Source of the DNA: a virus
Lineage: Duplodnaviria; Heunggongvirae; Uroviricota; Caudoviricetes
DNA length: 64,000 nt
IMG/VR virus record: IMGVR_UViG_3300046327_000158
Location: 16,540 to 80,539 of that record
Reading direction: 5' to 3' (one strand)
Shown here: one piece after another, positions 38,616-47,059 of the stretch
Numbering within the stretch: position 1 is the first letter of the stretch
How the letters are laid out: each line of letters opens with the position of its first letter
The notes under the pieces: generated by a model
Database searches by the model: none
What the model was told of the DNA's origin: nothing
The model's input: the letters and a program-made list of their open reading frames with translations, nothing else
Program-made: the position numbers and the translations under genes

Positions 38616-38689
38616 CTTGCTGTGTCTGAGTGGTCCAAAGAAGAAGTCTGCAAAACTAAAAGTCGTGGGTTCGAATCCCTCCAGCAAGT
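38616..38689 (+). tRNA. tRNA-like element (perfect 7-bp acceptor plus T-arm GTGGG-TTCGAAT-CCCTC) without resolvable anticodon stem
   Basis: CTTGCTG...CAGCAAG acceptor pairing and canonical T-loop; could be a degenerate tRNA or a tRNA-like structure. Confidence 0.3.
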
Positions 38690-38703
38690 CTAAAGAAAGT
38701 AAG

Positions 38704-38976
38704 ATGATAAAACAACAGTACATCCAGATGAGAAACTCTGGAAACATAGATGTTAATTGGTTCTATAAGTATTTTATAGAAGAGGGTGGGAAAGCGACTC
38801 CTCAGGACTTCTTTGATAACTTCTATTACAGAATAGAAAAGATACCAGTTCCCGGAGGATTTGTAGAACACAGAGAAGAGAGGGACTTAAGGCCCATATT
38901 AACACACCTAGATAAGAAGTTTGATTTAACACTCCTGTTTGATAAGACAGGTCAATTTTTAAAAATAGTAGGATAA
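38704..38976 (+). CDS. hypothetical protein
   Basis: about 90-aa ORF starting MIKQQYIQM after the tRNA-like elements (ORF-track 38587 start runs through them). Confidence 0.45.
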   Translation: MIKQQYIQMRNSGNIDVNWFYKYFIEEGGKATPQDFFDNFYYRIEKIPVPGGFVEHREERDLRPILTHLDKKFDLTLLFDKTGQFLKIVG

Positions 38977-39227
38977 TGGTAACAACATTAAAATTTTATG
39001 CAACATGGTGCGGACCGTGTTCAGTAGTATCGAAGCAGTTAGAGGGATTAAACCTACAAGAAGTAGATTTGGACCAAGATGAAGAGGGATTGGCAGTAAA
39101 GTATAAGATCAGAAATGTACCAACATTAGTCTTCCTAAAAGACGGTGTAGAAGTTGACAGACACTCCGGACTTATTACAAGAGATGGTTACTTACAAAAA
39201 GTAAACGACTTAGAAAATGGAGGATAG
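38976..39227 (+). CDS. thioredoxin
   Basis: 83 aa with WCGPC active site and thioredoxin-fold spacing (NVPTLVF). Confidence 0.85.
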   Translation: MVTTLKFYATWCGPCSVVSKQLEGLNLQEVDLDQDEEGLAVKYKIRNVPTLVFLKDGVEVDRHSGLITRDGYLQKVNDLENGG

Positions 39228-39735
39228 TAAAAGATACGTATATCACTTTGATAACCCAATAGATTGGGAATCGGTACAAGAGCTGATAGATATCTTGGCC
39301 CTACACGAAAAGATAGATTTATTTTTTACCACAGAGGGAGGAGAAATAGCTGAAGTAAGAGTACTTATACACTATCTGAACACTAGAAAAGACGACATTG
39401 ACATTTATCTTACAGACGTTATTATGTCGGCCGGCACATTCCTATTGACAGATTACCAGGGAAAAATTATACTGACAGAAAGCCTAGACTGTATCTTATT
39501 TCACAAAACAGATCGACAAGTCTACACAAGAAGACAGCAGTTTGTCTCGATACCAATCCTACTAGAACAGTTGGATAACGATAACGAGCTGATGGCCAAA
39601 AAATTCTTAGATCTAGGGCTTACAAAATCCGAGATTAAGGAATACAAAGAAGGAAAAGACGTAGTACTCTACAGAAAAGATTTTAACAGATTAAACATAA
39701 ATAAAAAATGGACCAATACCAAGAAAAAGAAGTAA
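39217..39735 (+). CDS. ClpP/S14-like serine protease family protein (candidate)
   Basis: DIDIYLTDVIMSAGTFLLTD resembles the ClpP region around the catalytic Ser (INSPGG...SMGAFLL); weak. Confidence 0.4.
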   Translation: MEDSKRYVYHFDNPIDWESVQELIDILALHEKIDLFFTTEGGEIAEVRVLIHYLNTRKDDIDIYLTDVIMSAGTFLLTDYQGKIILTESLDCILFHKTDRQVYTRRQQFVSIPILLEQLDNDNELMAKKFLDLGLTKSEIKEYKEGKDVVLYRKDFNRLNINKKWTNTKKKK

Positions 39736-39986
39736 AAGAGTTGTCAGTAGGACAAACACTAGTTGGGCTTAGCTTTAACCCAAGCAGAAACACCAAAGTA
39801 GACAGAGTAAAAGAACTATGTGCAGAGTTAGCTGACATTGTCTATGAAGACTTTGATACAGACGACAAAGAGCATGAGTTACCTCATATCAAACAAGAGA
39901 TCTTAGCCTTGATCAGAAACAAAGCTTTCGAAGATATCTTATCAGCACAAATGACAATTGTAAAAGCATTAACCTTTAAACTATAA
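39708..39986 (+). CDS. hypothetical protein
   Basis: 92-aa ORF. Confidence 0.5.
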   Translation: MDQYQEKEVKELSVGQTLVGLSFNPSRNTKVDRVKELCAELADIVYEDFDTDDKEHELPHIKQEILALIRNKAFEDILSAQMTIVKALTFKL

Positions 39987-39990
39987 CAGT

Positions 39991-40224
39991 ATGTTTTGGA
40001 CAACAAAAACCAACGCAGTCGATCTATCTAAAAAAAGGGTAGACATTTTGAGCTCTTTCTTGAAAGTAGAAGAAGACTTAAATAAATTAGCACAAGAGCA
40101 AGAAAACTACTCTAGAGAATTAGAGGATCAAATCAATGCCTTGAAAGATGAACAAGACCACATTGAGGGAGAAAATAAACTTACTCAAAACTTGTTGAAA
40201 AACTTCAAGAAACTGTTGAGCTAG
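39991..40224 (+). CDS. hypothetical coiled-coil protein
   Basis: 77-aa ORF. Confidence 0.5.
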   Translation: MFWTTKTNAVDLSKKRVDILSSFLKVEEDLNKLAQEQENYSRELEDQINALKDEQDHIEGENKLTQNLLKNFKKLLS

Positions 40225-40226
40225 AA

Positions 40227-40922
40227 ATGATAGATCAATTAAGAGTATACAACGTAGGCGATAAGATACGAGTTGGAAGTGAAAATGATGGGGGCTACGT
40301 GCTCCCATTACAAATGTTAGAAGACAGCGAATGTTTGTTTAGTTACGGTATAGCTGAAGACATTACGTTTGATGAACATTACATCGAGCTTACTAACAAG
40401 AAAGTATACGGGTATGATCACACAATAGACGGTGTTGATACAAAGCATCCTGATCTTTTTACTTGGTATAAAAAAGGAATTTCTGGAACCCCTCAAGAGG
40501 AGACAGACAACTTTGTGAACCACTATAAAGAACTTGGCATATCCGGAAGAGCACTGCTCAAGGTGGATGTAGAGGGTTGTGAGTACGAATGGTTAGCAAA
40601 CACTAACATAGAAGAGCTCGCCAACATCACCACAGGTATTGTACTAGAGGTACACAGCTTAGAAAACGACTTTGTCAGAGATAGGTTTATCCACCATATC
40701 AAAGAATTAAACAAACACTTCTATATTTGCCACATACACGGGAATAACTGTTCACGGGTTTTTAGGTATAAAGATATAGATTTTCCGATGGTACTAGAGC
40801 TTACATTTATTTCGAAGGCGATAGTCAAAGAAGCTACTCTTAGCAACGAGGCTTTCCCAACAGAACTAGACAGCCCTAATAATAAATACCTTTCTGACAT
40901 AGACTTAAAATTTATACAATGA
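40227..40922 (+). CDS. FkbM-family methyltransferase
   Basis: LLKVDVEGCEYEWL matches FkbM-domain KIDVEGAE signature. Confidence 0.6.
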   Translation: MIDQLRVYNVGDKIRVGSENDGGYVLPLQMLEDSECLFSYGIAEDITFDEHYIELTNKKVYGYDHTIDGVDTKHPDLFTWYKKGISGTPQEETDNFVNHYKELGISGRALLKVDVEGCEYEWLANTNIEELANITTGIVLEVHSLENDFVRDRFIHHIKELNKHFYICHIHGNNCSRVFRYKDIDFPMVLELTFISKAIVKEATLSNEAFPTELDSPNNKYLSDIDLKFIQ

Positions 40923-41698
40923 TAAAAACTTACAAAGACTTGAAAGGTAGAATTTGGGAAGGAGAGGGTATCCCTAAGTGGGTATACAGATCAGGCTCAA
41001 TGAGTCTAGAAGATCTACCTGAAATCATAAAACAAATCTACAAAGAGTCAATCATAGACAAAAACCCTGATTACGAGCTGTTTTATTTTGATGACGCAGA
41101 TTGTGAGCAGTTCATAAAAGACGAATGGGGAGAAGATTATTTAGAAGCATACAACATCTTGATACCCACAGCGTACAAATCTGATCTTTTTAGATACCTG
41201 CTCTTGTATAACTACGGTGGAATTTGGGGCGACTTTACACAAGTATCCTGGGTCCCATTTGATGAGATCATACAGGGGATGGATAGAGTATTTTGCCTAG
41301 ACCACCCAGCTACCTTTACAGATACGGAATTATACAATGCAATTATGATGGTAAAGCCTAAAGACAAAGTAGTTAACAATGCAATTGCAATATCTAGAGG
41401 TAACATATTGACTAGAGACTATTGTACTGGACCATTAGACATAACAGGACCAGTTGTACTAGGTGAAGCATTCAGAGCAAGCGAGTATCACAATGCCCCC
41501 TATAATACAAAAATCTTACCAGGGATCCACAATAAGACTAGGATCTTATTCAATCCAAATTACAATCCATTAATCCTAGATGAAAATGAAAAGCCTGTGA
41601 TAGTTAAAAAACTAGGTTTCCATGTAGAGATACTATACAAACCAGACAATAAACATTACCAGAGAGCTTGGCCCGAACGTACAGTATTCAATTACTAA
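40919..41698 (+). CDS. glycosyltransferase, GT32-like (Gly_transf_sug DXD region)
   Basis: KSDLFRYLLLYNYGGIWGDF hallmark motif. Confidence 0.65.
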   Translation: MIKTYKDLKGRIWEGEGIPKWVYRSGSMSLEDLPEIIKQIYKESIIDKNPDYELFYFDDADCEQFIKDEWGEDYLEAYNILIPTAYKSDLFRYLLLYNYGGIWGDFTQVSWVPFDEIIQGMDRVFCLDHPATFTDTELYNAIMMVKPKDKVVNNAIAISRGNILTRDYCTGPLDITGPVVLGEAFRASEYHNAPYNTKILPGIHNKTRILFNPNYNPLILDENEKPVIVKKLGFHVEILYKPDNKHYQRAWPERTVFNY

Positions 41699-41705
41699 CT
41701 ATAGA

Positions 41706-41731
41706 CCCTTCCCTAATACGGAGGGGTTTTT
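41706..41731 (+). terminator. terminator-like hairpin CCCTTCCC..GGAGGGG followed by TTTTTGTTTT
   Basis: 3' of last gene of plus-strand module. Confidence 0.4.
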
Positions 41732-42320
41732 GTTTTGGTACCCCCCCCCCTCTTTATCCTAGTAATCTAGTAGGGTTGTATTTTTAGGGAGGGTATTTTT
41801 TGACCGTATGTGGGGGATACCCTAACCACCATAGCTATAAGCCCGCCAAAATCTTGGGGATTTTACCCCACCCCCCCTATTTTTATATTGATGTCCGATA
41901 GTTCAGGAAATAGCCTTAAAAGAGTTTTGACTTTTCAAAGTTATTTTTATACTATTTACTTATAGTAGTGTGTAGTGTTATAGTCTTAGCTTATAGTGTG
42001 TATGTAGTAGTATGCTTGTAGGCTTGTCCTTTTCTTGTCTTATCTAGACTAGTTATAAACTACTATAATTGTTAATAAGTTTTTATGTATTTACTTGCGT
42101 ATGTGATAGCAATAACAGAGGTACGTATTTACTGGGATTTTGCTTGTATTGAAAGAACTATTGTTTTTAATAGTAGAGTACCATAAGCATTATAATCGTT
42201 CAATATAGAGCCTTATTTTAAGTTTAGTAGGCAGTTTCTTTGTGAAGCCCCGAAAACATTGGGCTATAAAAATAATTGAAACTTTTTTACATAAACGCTT
42301 GTTTATATCAAATTAATTAC

Positions 42321-42328
42321 TACATTTG
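42321..42328 (+). promoter_or_regulatory. -7 box TACATTTG, first promoter of early array (about 140-nt structured leader)
   Basis: leader contains GCGGTTG/CAACCGC hairpin. Confidence 0.4.
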
Positions 42329-42475
42329 TAGTGTTGAAAGCAACCAGCGTTGGAAGCACGTTGTAGCCTCTACTAAGCCACGAGCCGACTTCTTTGAAAT
42401 ACTGAATAATACCTAACATAAACGGCTAAGCGGTTGAGCCGATTACCAACCGCATAACTCTCACATTTATATACT

Positions 42476-42715
42476 ATGACAAATTTTGAAGCAATTAACA
42501 AGTTCATGTACTTCGGACACAACTTCAACCACGATTTTATCGAGCAAGTTTGGAAAGCCGAGCCTAGCATGGCAAACCACTTAAGAAGTAAGTTCAACAT
42601 GTATGCCGAACGCTTAGGCAGTGGTACACAAGGTTACTTTCGTTGGTTTATGGAATTAGACCAAACCAATAAAGAAACGCTTACCAATTGGATTGAAGCA
42701 AATTACAAAGGATAA
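42476..42715 (+). CDS. early hypothetical protein
   Basis: 79-aa ORF preceded by ATAACTCTCACA motif. Confidence 0.55.
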   Translation: MTNFEAINKFMYFGHNFNHDFIEQVWKAEPSMANHLRSKFNMYAERLGSGTQGYFRWFMELDQTNKETLTNWIEANYKG

Positions 42716-42725
42716 CATTAACCAA

Positions 42726-42739
42726 CCCCCGAAAGGGGG
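42726..42739 (+). terminator. CCCCC-GAAA-GGGGG tetraloop hairpin
   Basis: perfect 5-bp GC stem with GNRA loop, intergenic. Confidence 0.5.
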
Positions 42740-42742
42740 TTT

Positions 42743-42752
42743 AACTCTCACA
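42743..42752 (+). promoter_or_regulatory. conserved early-gene motif AACTCTCACA (also 42456, 43103, 44352; variant 45424)
   Basis: 5 occurrences, each 4-10 nt upstream of an ATG; one inverted copy at 44236. Confidence 0.45.
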
Positions 42753-42756
42753 CAAA

Positions 42757-43077
42757 ATGAATACAAAAAAATTCCCGATAGCAGTACAAAGAAAAGTGGA
42801 CGCTATCAATTCAATGATTGATGAAATTAATCAAGCCGATGCAGTGCCTTACACTTATGCGGGTGGCACTTACCCTTATGCAGTTTACATTAAGCCGATA
42901 GTTATCAAAAATCAATTTGTGACTATTGAGACCGAAAAATTAGGGACTTACATAGACGGCAAGGAAAGGTATAATGTTAATAAGGTTTCCGTATATGGGG
43001 ACGAGTACTGCAAGAAACACTTAATGTATACCTTAAACATTATTCATAAGACTTTTAAAAGCACCTTAAACAAGTAA
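42757..43077 (+). CDS. early hypothetical protein
   Basis: 106-aa ORF. Confidence 0.55.
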   Translation: MNTKKFPIAVQRKVDAINSMIDEINQADAVPYTYAGGTYPYAVYIKPIVIKNQFVTIETEKLGTYIDGKERYNVNKVSVYGDEYCKKHLMYTLNIIHKTFKSTLNK

Positions 43078-43084
43078 TTAATCA

Positions 43085-43100
43085 AGCCCCGAAAGGGGCT
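43085..43100 (+). terminator. AGCCCC-GAAA-GGGGCT tetraloop hairpin
   Basis: 6-bp stem, GNRA loop. Confidence 0.5.
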
Positions 43101-43116
43101 ATAACTCTCACATACA

Positions 43117-43497
43117 ATGGACAAATTAAGAACTATCTACAATGCACTAAAAGAAGAAAACAAAGATATGAATATATCTTTTAATCATTGGGTCGTACGT
43201 ACTCAAATAGCATTTGATTATAGCTTAGAAAATAGGTTTTACCCTATCAAAATAAGAAACAAAAATTATCAATTTAAAAACGTTAGTCTTATAAGTAAGA
43301 GCAGTGGGGACACCTATTACTTAGTAGAAGTAAATGGCTATTTTGAGTTTTTTGGAGTAGCATACGAACCTGATTGTGATGGGGAGTACTACTATCATCA
43401 AAAACTTAGCATCTTAGAAGTAGCTGAAAATATGAATGATTTTCAAATTCGTGAGTGCTATACCCATGAAATATTAAAAGACTTGCAAAAACTTTAA
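43117..43497 (+). CDS. early hypothetical protein
   Basis: 126-aa ORF. Confidence 0.55.
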   Translation: MDKLRTIYNALKEENKDMNISFNHWVVRTQIAFDYSLENRFYPIKIRNKNYQFKNVSLISKSSGDTYYLVEVNGYFEFFGVAYEPDCDGEYYYHQKLSILEVAENMNDFQIRECYTHEILKDLQKL

Positions 43498-43503
43498 ATA
43501 AAA

Positions 43504-43521
43504 AGCCCTCGAAAGGGGGCT
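43504..43521 (+). terminator. AGCCCTC-GAAA-GGGGGCT hairpin
   Basis: GNRA loop, GC stem. Confidence 0.45.
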
Positions 43522-43582
43522 ATATTAAAAATAATTACTATATTTGTATTGGCAACGAAGCCAAACTTTAAAAACATACACA

Positions 43583-43813
43583 ATGAATATAATCGTAAAA
43601 AACCCTAGACTAGGTAAGGCAATATTAAAACGTATGGCAAAGGAGCATAATTTTGATGCTGATAACGTTTTTATGAACCCTGAATTTAATTACATCCAAA
43701 CTATTGATCCCAATAAAAAAGATGCTGATTTTTGTCAAGTTGAGTACAAAGGTTCAGTTTACCAAGTGAAGTACTTTGATGGATGTTTCTTCCCATACTT
43801 AGTAAAAAAATAA
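43583..43813 (+). CDS. early hypothetical protein
   Basis: first ATG (MNIIVKNPRLGK...) of ORF-track 43544 (TTG) ORF; 37 nt after -7 box TATATTTG 43539-43546. Confidence 0.5.
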   Translation: MNIIVKNPRLGKAILKRMAKEHNFDADNVFMNPEFNYIQTIDPNKKDADFCQVEYKGSVYQVKYFDGCFFPYLVKK

Positions 43814-43818
43814 TCAAT

Positions 43819-43836
43819 AGCCCTCTTCGGGGGGCT
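43819..43836 (+). terminator. AGCCC-TCTTCGG-GGGCT hairpin (UUCG-type loop)
   Basis: GC stem, UUCG loop. Confidence 0.45.
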
Positions 43837-44257
43837 TACAAAACAAAACAAAGATGAAGACATTAGAAAAATTTATAGATTGTATGAATAAGGTATTATT
43901 CGGTGATCAAAAAAACGTAACGTATAAACACTTTTAGGCATGAAGACAATTGATATATTATTCAAGGTATTATTCGGTTCACTAACAATACTCAGTTTTA
44001 TTGGCATCTTCTTATCAGAGACTGCTAGCCAATACTCATGTAGTATTTACATGACTATTTTATACGGGTTGGGTTTCTATGCACTAATTAAAATTGGATC
44101 TTATGGTAAGTTATAATGAAGTTTGCAGAACGTTTGAGTATTCCGTTGGGGGTTGGACGTTAATATGTTTTTCAATGGTAGAGTTGCAAAAACAAGTAAA
44201 AGATATATATGGGGTCGATATAAGATCCCAATTAAATTGAGTGTGAGAGCTTGATCA

Positions 44258-44278
44258 GGGGGGGACGAAAGTTTCCCC
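44258..44278 (+). terminator. GGGGGAC-GAAA-GTTTCCCC hairpin plus T8 run
   Basis: classic intrinsic terminator layout. Confidence 0.5.
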
Positions 44279-44363
44279 TTTTTTTTATGCAAAATAATTT
44301 TTTTATTCGGAATTAATTATTATCTTTGTTATGGCAATGAAGCCAAACTAAAACTCTCACGTT

Positions 44364-44615
44364 ATGATCACAAAAGAAACTTTTAAGTATTTTATCGAAA
44401 CAATTGATCCTGAAACAATGCAAACTGAATTAGGTAGAGCAAGTGATTTTATACTATTTCAAGCCCACTACTTTAATGTAGGCAGTTTTGCTACTATCGA
44501 AAGTATGGACTACAACTATGAAGTAGAGCAAGAAGCAAACGCATCAGGCAACCTATTCTGTGATAAGGATGAGTTTTTAAGGTTGTGTGATGAATTAGAA
44601 GTATTTGAGTACTAA
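44364..44615 (+). CDS. early hypothetical acidic protein
   Basis: 83-aa ORF; 36 nt after -7 box 44321-44328. Confidence 0.55.
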   Translation: MITKETFKYFIETIDPETMQTELGRASDFILFQAHYFNVGSFATIESMDYNYEVEQEANASGNLFCDKDEFLRLCDELEVFEY

Positions 44616-44975
44616 ATTAAGGGGGCGGAAGCCCTCTTTTTTTATGCAAAAAACTTGCGTATGTAAATAGTATTTATTATCTTTGGTATAACAAAATGGG
44701 GTACGATATGGATTAAGAAAATAAATAGGGACAAGGATTGGACAACGGGCGAAGTGTAACATCAACACTGGAAGAGTAGACTCCGTCCTACCTATATGTG
44801 AAGGGTTTGGTAAGGGTACGTTTGGGTAAAGTTACAAAAAAATTTTGGATAAAACAAATAAAGTTATCAACATAAAATTGTTAATAAGTTTATAAAATAA
44901 TTGTTGCAGCATACAAACCTTTGGCTTATATTTGTCCTGTGATTGTAACGAAGCAATTACTTAAACTTTAATCTT

Positions 44976-45341
44976 ATGAAGACCTATATTGTAAAAACTA
45001 TGCACGATGTTTATTTAGATGACTATAACGAGGGGGAAGGCAACTATGCAAACTCTTATGACTTAAAAGAGGAAGTAAAAGCGGAAACTCCACAAGATGC
45101 AATTCAGCAGTACTTTGATAAGCATTTAGGATATAAGTTCAACATTATTGATGCCTACATTCCACACAAAGAAGAGGAAGACGCACCTAAAAATGTTTTA
45201 CACTATTCAGTTTTAGTTGATGAAAATAATGTAGAAGTGACTAGTAAAGAAGACATAAAACTTTGGCAAGAGGGTAAAAAACAACTATATTCTAATCATA
45301 TATATTTATTAATATACCAAACAATACATTCTGAAATATAG
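44976..45341 (+). CDS. early hypothetical protein
   Basis: 121-aa ORF. Confidence 0.5.
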   Translation: MKTYIVKTMHDVYLDDYNEGEGNYANSYDLKEEVKAETPQDAIQQYFDKHLGYKFNIIDAYIPHKEEEDAPKNVLHYSVLVDENNVEVTSKEDIKLWQEGKKQLYSNHIYLLIYQTIHSEI

Positions 45342-45349
45342 TTAATTTC

Positions 45350-45383
45350 GGGGGTAAGAAAAAAAAATAAAAAAATTACCCCC
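45350..45383 (+). terminator. GGGGGTAA/TTACCCCC 8-bp stem hairpin with A-rich loop
   Basis: perfect inverted repeat. Confidence 0.4.
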
Positions 45384-45445
45384 TAAAAGTTGCATATTAA
45401 ATATAAAAGAATTACATTTACATATAATTTAAAAACTCACACAAA

Positions 45446-46285
45446 ATGAAAAAAGTACACACACCCGACAATGTTGCTCACTTATGGGCAAACCAACACC
45501 AAGAAGAAGCACGTACACAAACTAGTAATCTTTACTTTTACGGCACTGAAATTTATTCATACGGCTCACACTTTTGTATAGCCAAGCACGTACAGAATGG
45601 GGTTGTATTGTTTACTGAAAGAGATTATAGTAACACTACATCCAAGCATAAAAGTATTGTTAGGTATGCTTGTAGCCATAAGGAGATAGTGTATTGTTAC
45701 AACCCAATAGGAAGCCACGAGCAAAACTTTCAAGCGTGGAGACAAGAGTGTGAGGGGTACATTGAAAAACTAGCTAAGGCACGTAAACCCGAAAAGTACA
45801 TCCAAGAGTTAGAGGGGGTAAAGTATAGAGCCGAAAGGTACGCCACTTTGTTTGATATTTCAGTACCCGAAGAGTTATCTAAAGCGTGGGCAATTACAGA
45901 TAAGGAAGAGGTCGTTGCCTATATGGAAGCAAAAGCCGAAGCCATCAAAAAAGAAAAGGCAAGAAAATTAAGACTTGCTAGAAAGAAGCACAAGGAAGAG
46001 GTACAGAAGTGGAAAAACTTTGAAACTTATAGACTGTATTCACGTGGAGAGTACGACCTATTGAGATACAACAAAGAAAACAAACGCTTTCAAACATCAC
46101 AAGGGGTGGAGATACCTTTGGCAATAGGGTTAGGTATTCATAAAAGACTAGCCAATTCAGAAGCAGTTGAAAAGATTTTGGAGTTTGAAGTTAAAGAGAT
46201 AACCCCGAAGTATATCCAAGTGGGTTGCCACAAGGTAGAGCGTAAAGAGATAGATGCAATAATCAAACAAGCACAAGAAGAGTAA
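45446..46285 (+). CDS. early hypothetical protein (279 aa, K/E-rich C-terminal half)
   Basis: preceded by AAACTCACACAAAATG variant motif. Confidence 0.55.
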   Translation: MKKVHTPDNVAHLWANQHQEEARTQTSNLYFYGTEIYSYGSHFCIAKHVQNGVVLFTERDYSNTTSKHKSIVRYACSHKEIVYCYNPIGSHEQNFQAWRQECEGYIEKLAKARKPEKYIQELEGVKYRAERYATLFDISVPEELSKAWAITDKEEVVAYMEAKAEAIKKEKARKLRLARKKHKEEVQKWKNFETYRLYSRGEYDLLRYNKENKRFQTSQGVEIPLAIGLGIHKRLANSEAVEKILEFEVKEITPKYIQVGCHKVERKEIDAIIKQAQEE

Positions 46286-46518
46286 TGACAAAGTTTACCA
46301 TCATAGTGGGGACGATACATTTTTTCCCCACTCACGCACTAATCAGTTCTATTGATGAAGTGTACCAAGCAAGTAATTTAGAAGAGTTAGAAGCGTTGGA
46401 AGATACATTTGATAGAGATGCAACCCAAGACGAGGGGAAAGACTATCTAACTATTGAAACCTATACAGGTAGGATAGAGGTAACAAACGAAACATTGAAA
46501 GCCTTAATTTGGGGTTAA
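46285..46518 (+). CDS. hypothetical protein
   Basis: 77-aa ORF, ATGA overlap. Confidence 0.45.
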   Translation: MTKFTIIVGTIHFFPTHALISSIDEVYQASNLEELEALEDTFDRDATQDEGKDYLTIETYTGRIEVTNETLKALIWG

Positions 46519-46659
46519 TTGCGAATTCCGCAAAGAATTAGGGGGGGCAAATGGTATAACCCCCGAGATTTTCGAGACCCCTCTTGAAAGATTATCAGTA
46601 AATGGGGGTTTTGATTGAGAAAAAAATAATCGGCTTAACAAAGAAACAGCATAAAACTA

Positions 46660-46875
46660 ATGGTACTAACTAAAAAAGAAGCATTAATACTAGAGGGAGA
46701 GATAATAAAAGGCTCAACCAAGTACGAGATAAGAGGAACAACCTTTGAATGGAAACGAATCCCACAACTACCTAGCCAAAAGAAACGAGAGCAATGGGCA
46801 AAGGAAAGAATAGCCGAATGGATACAAGCAGGGGGAATAGACGGAATAATAGACGGAGATAGTGGTAGAAAGTAG
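46660..46875 (+). CDS. hypothetical protein
   Basis: 71-aa ORF. Confidence 0.45.
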   Translation: MVLTKKEALILEGEIIKGSTKYEIRGTTFEWKRIPQLPSQKKREQWAKERIAEWIQAGGIDGIIDGDSGRK

Positions 46876-47059
46876 TGGTTAGGGTAAGGGAAACTAGAGT
46901 GGGGGGAGACAATTTTTAGCTAGTTTTGTTGCTAACTTGTTGATTTCCACGTTGTTCTAAAGGGGTGGAGACCCCCTCCAACTGATATTAGGGTGGTAAA
47001 GAGTAGTAAAAAGTGGGTGGTAGTACCCCCATATATAGTATATAGTAAAAAAGATAATT

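Larger units (their letters stand above)
41700..42475. other. ORF-free region with C10 and C7 homopolymers, G tracts and degenerate TAGT/TGTGTA direct repeats; candidate genome terminus, packaging site or origin
   Basis: 776 nt without ORFs between two co-oriented modules; cccccccccc at 41739-41748, ccccaccccccc at 41868-41879; repeat block 41960-42030. Confidence 0.35.

Noticed and set aside
38457-38747. Minus-strand 96-aa ORF
   Set aside because: It covers the tRNA-like elements. The EGFEPTT peptide is the classic antisense translation of a tRNA T-arm.
42720-44700. Repeated hairpin-plus-motif units considered as a CRISPR-like array
   Set aside because: Repeats are degenerate and not evenly spaced. 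The intervening 'spacers' are 240-380-nt protein-coding ORFs.
46881-46912. GGTTAGGGTAAGGG resembling a telomeric TTAGGG repeat
   Set aside because: Only two units are present, which is most likely coincidence. I kept it only as G-tract and G4 potential.
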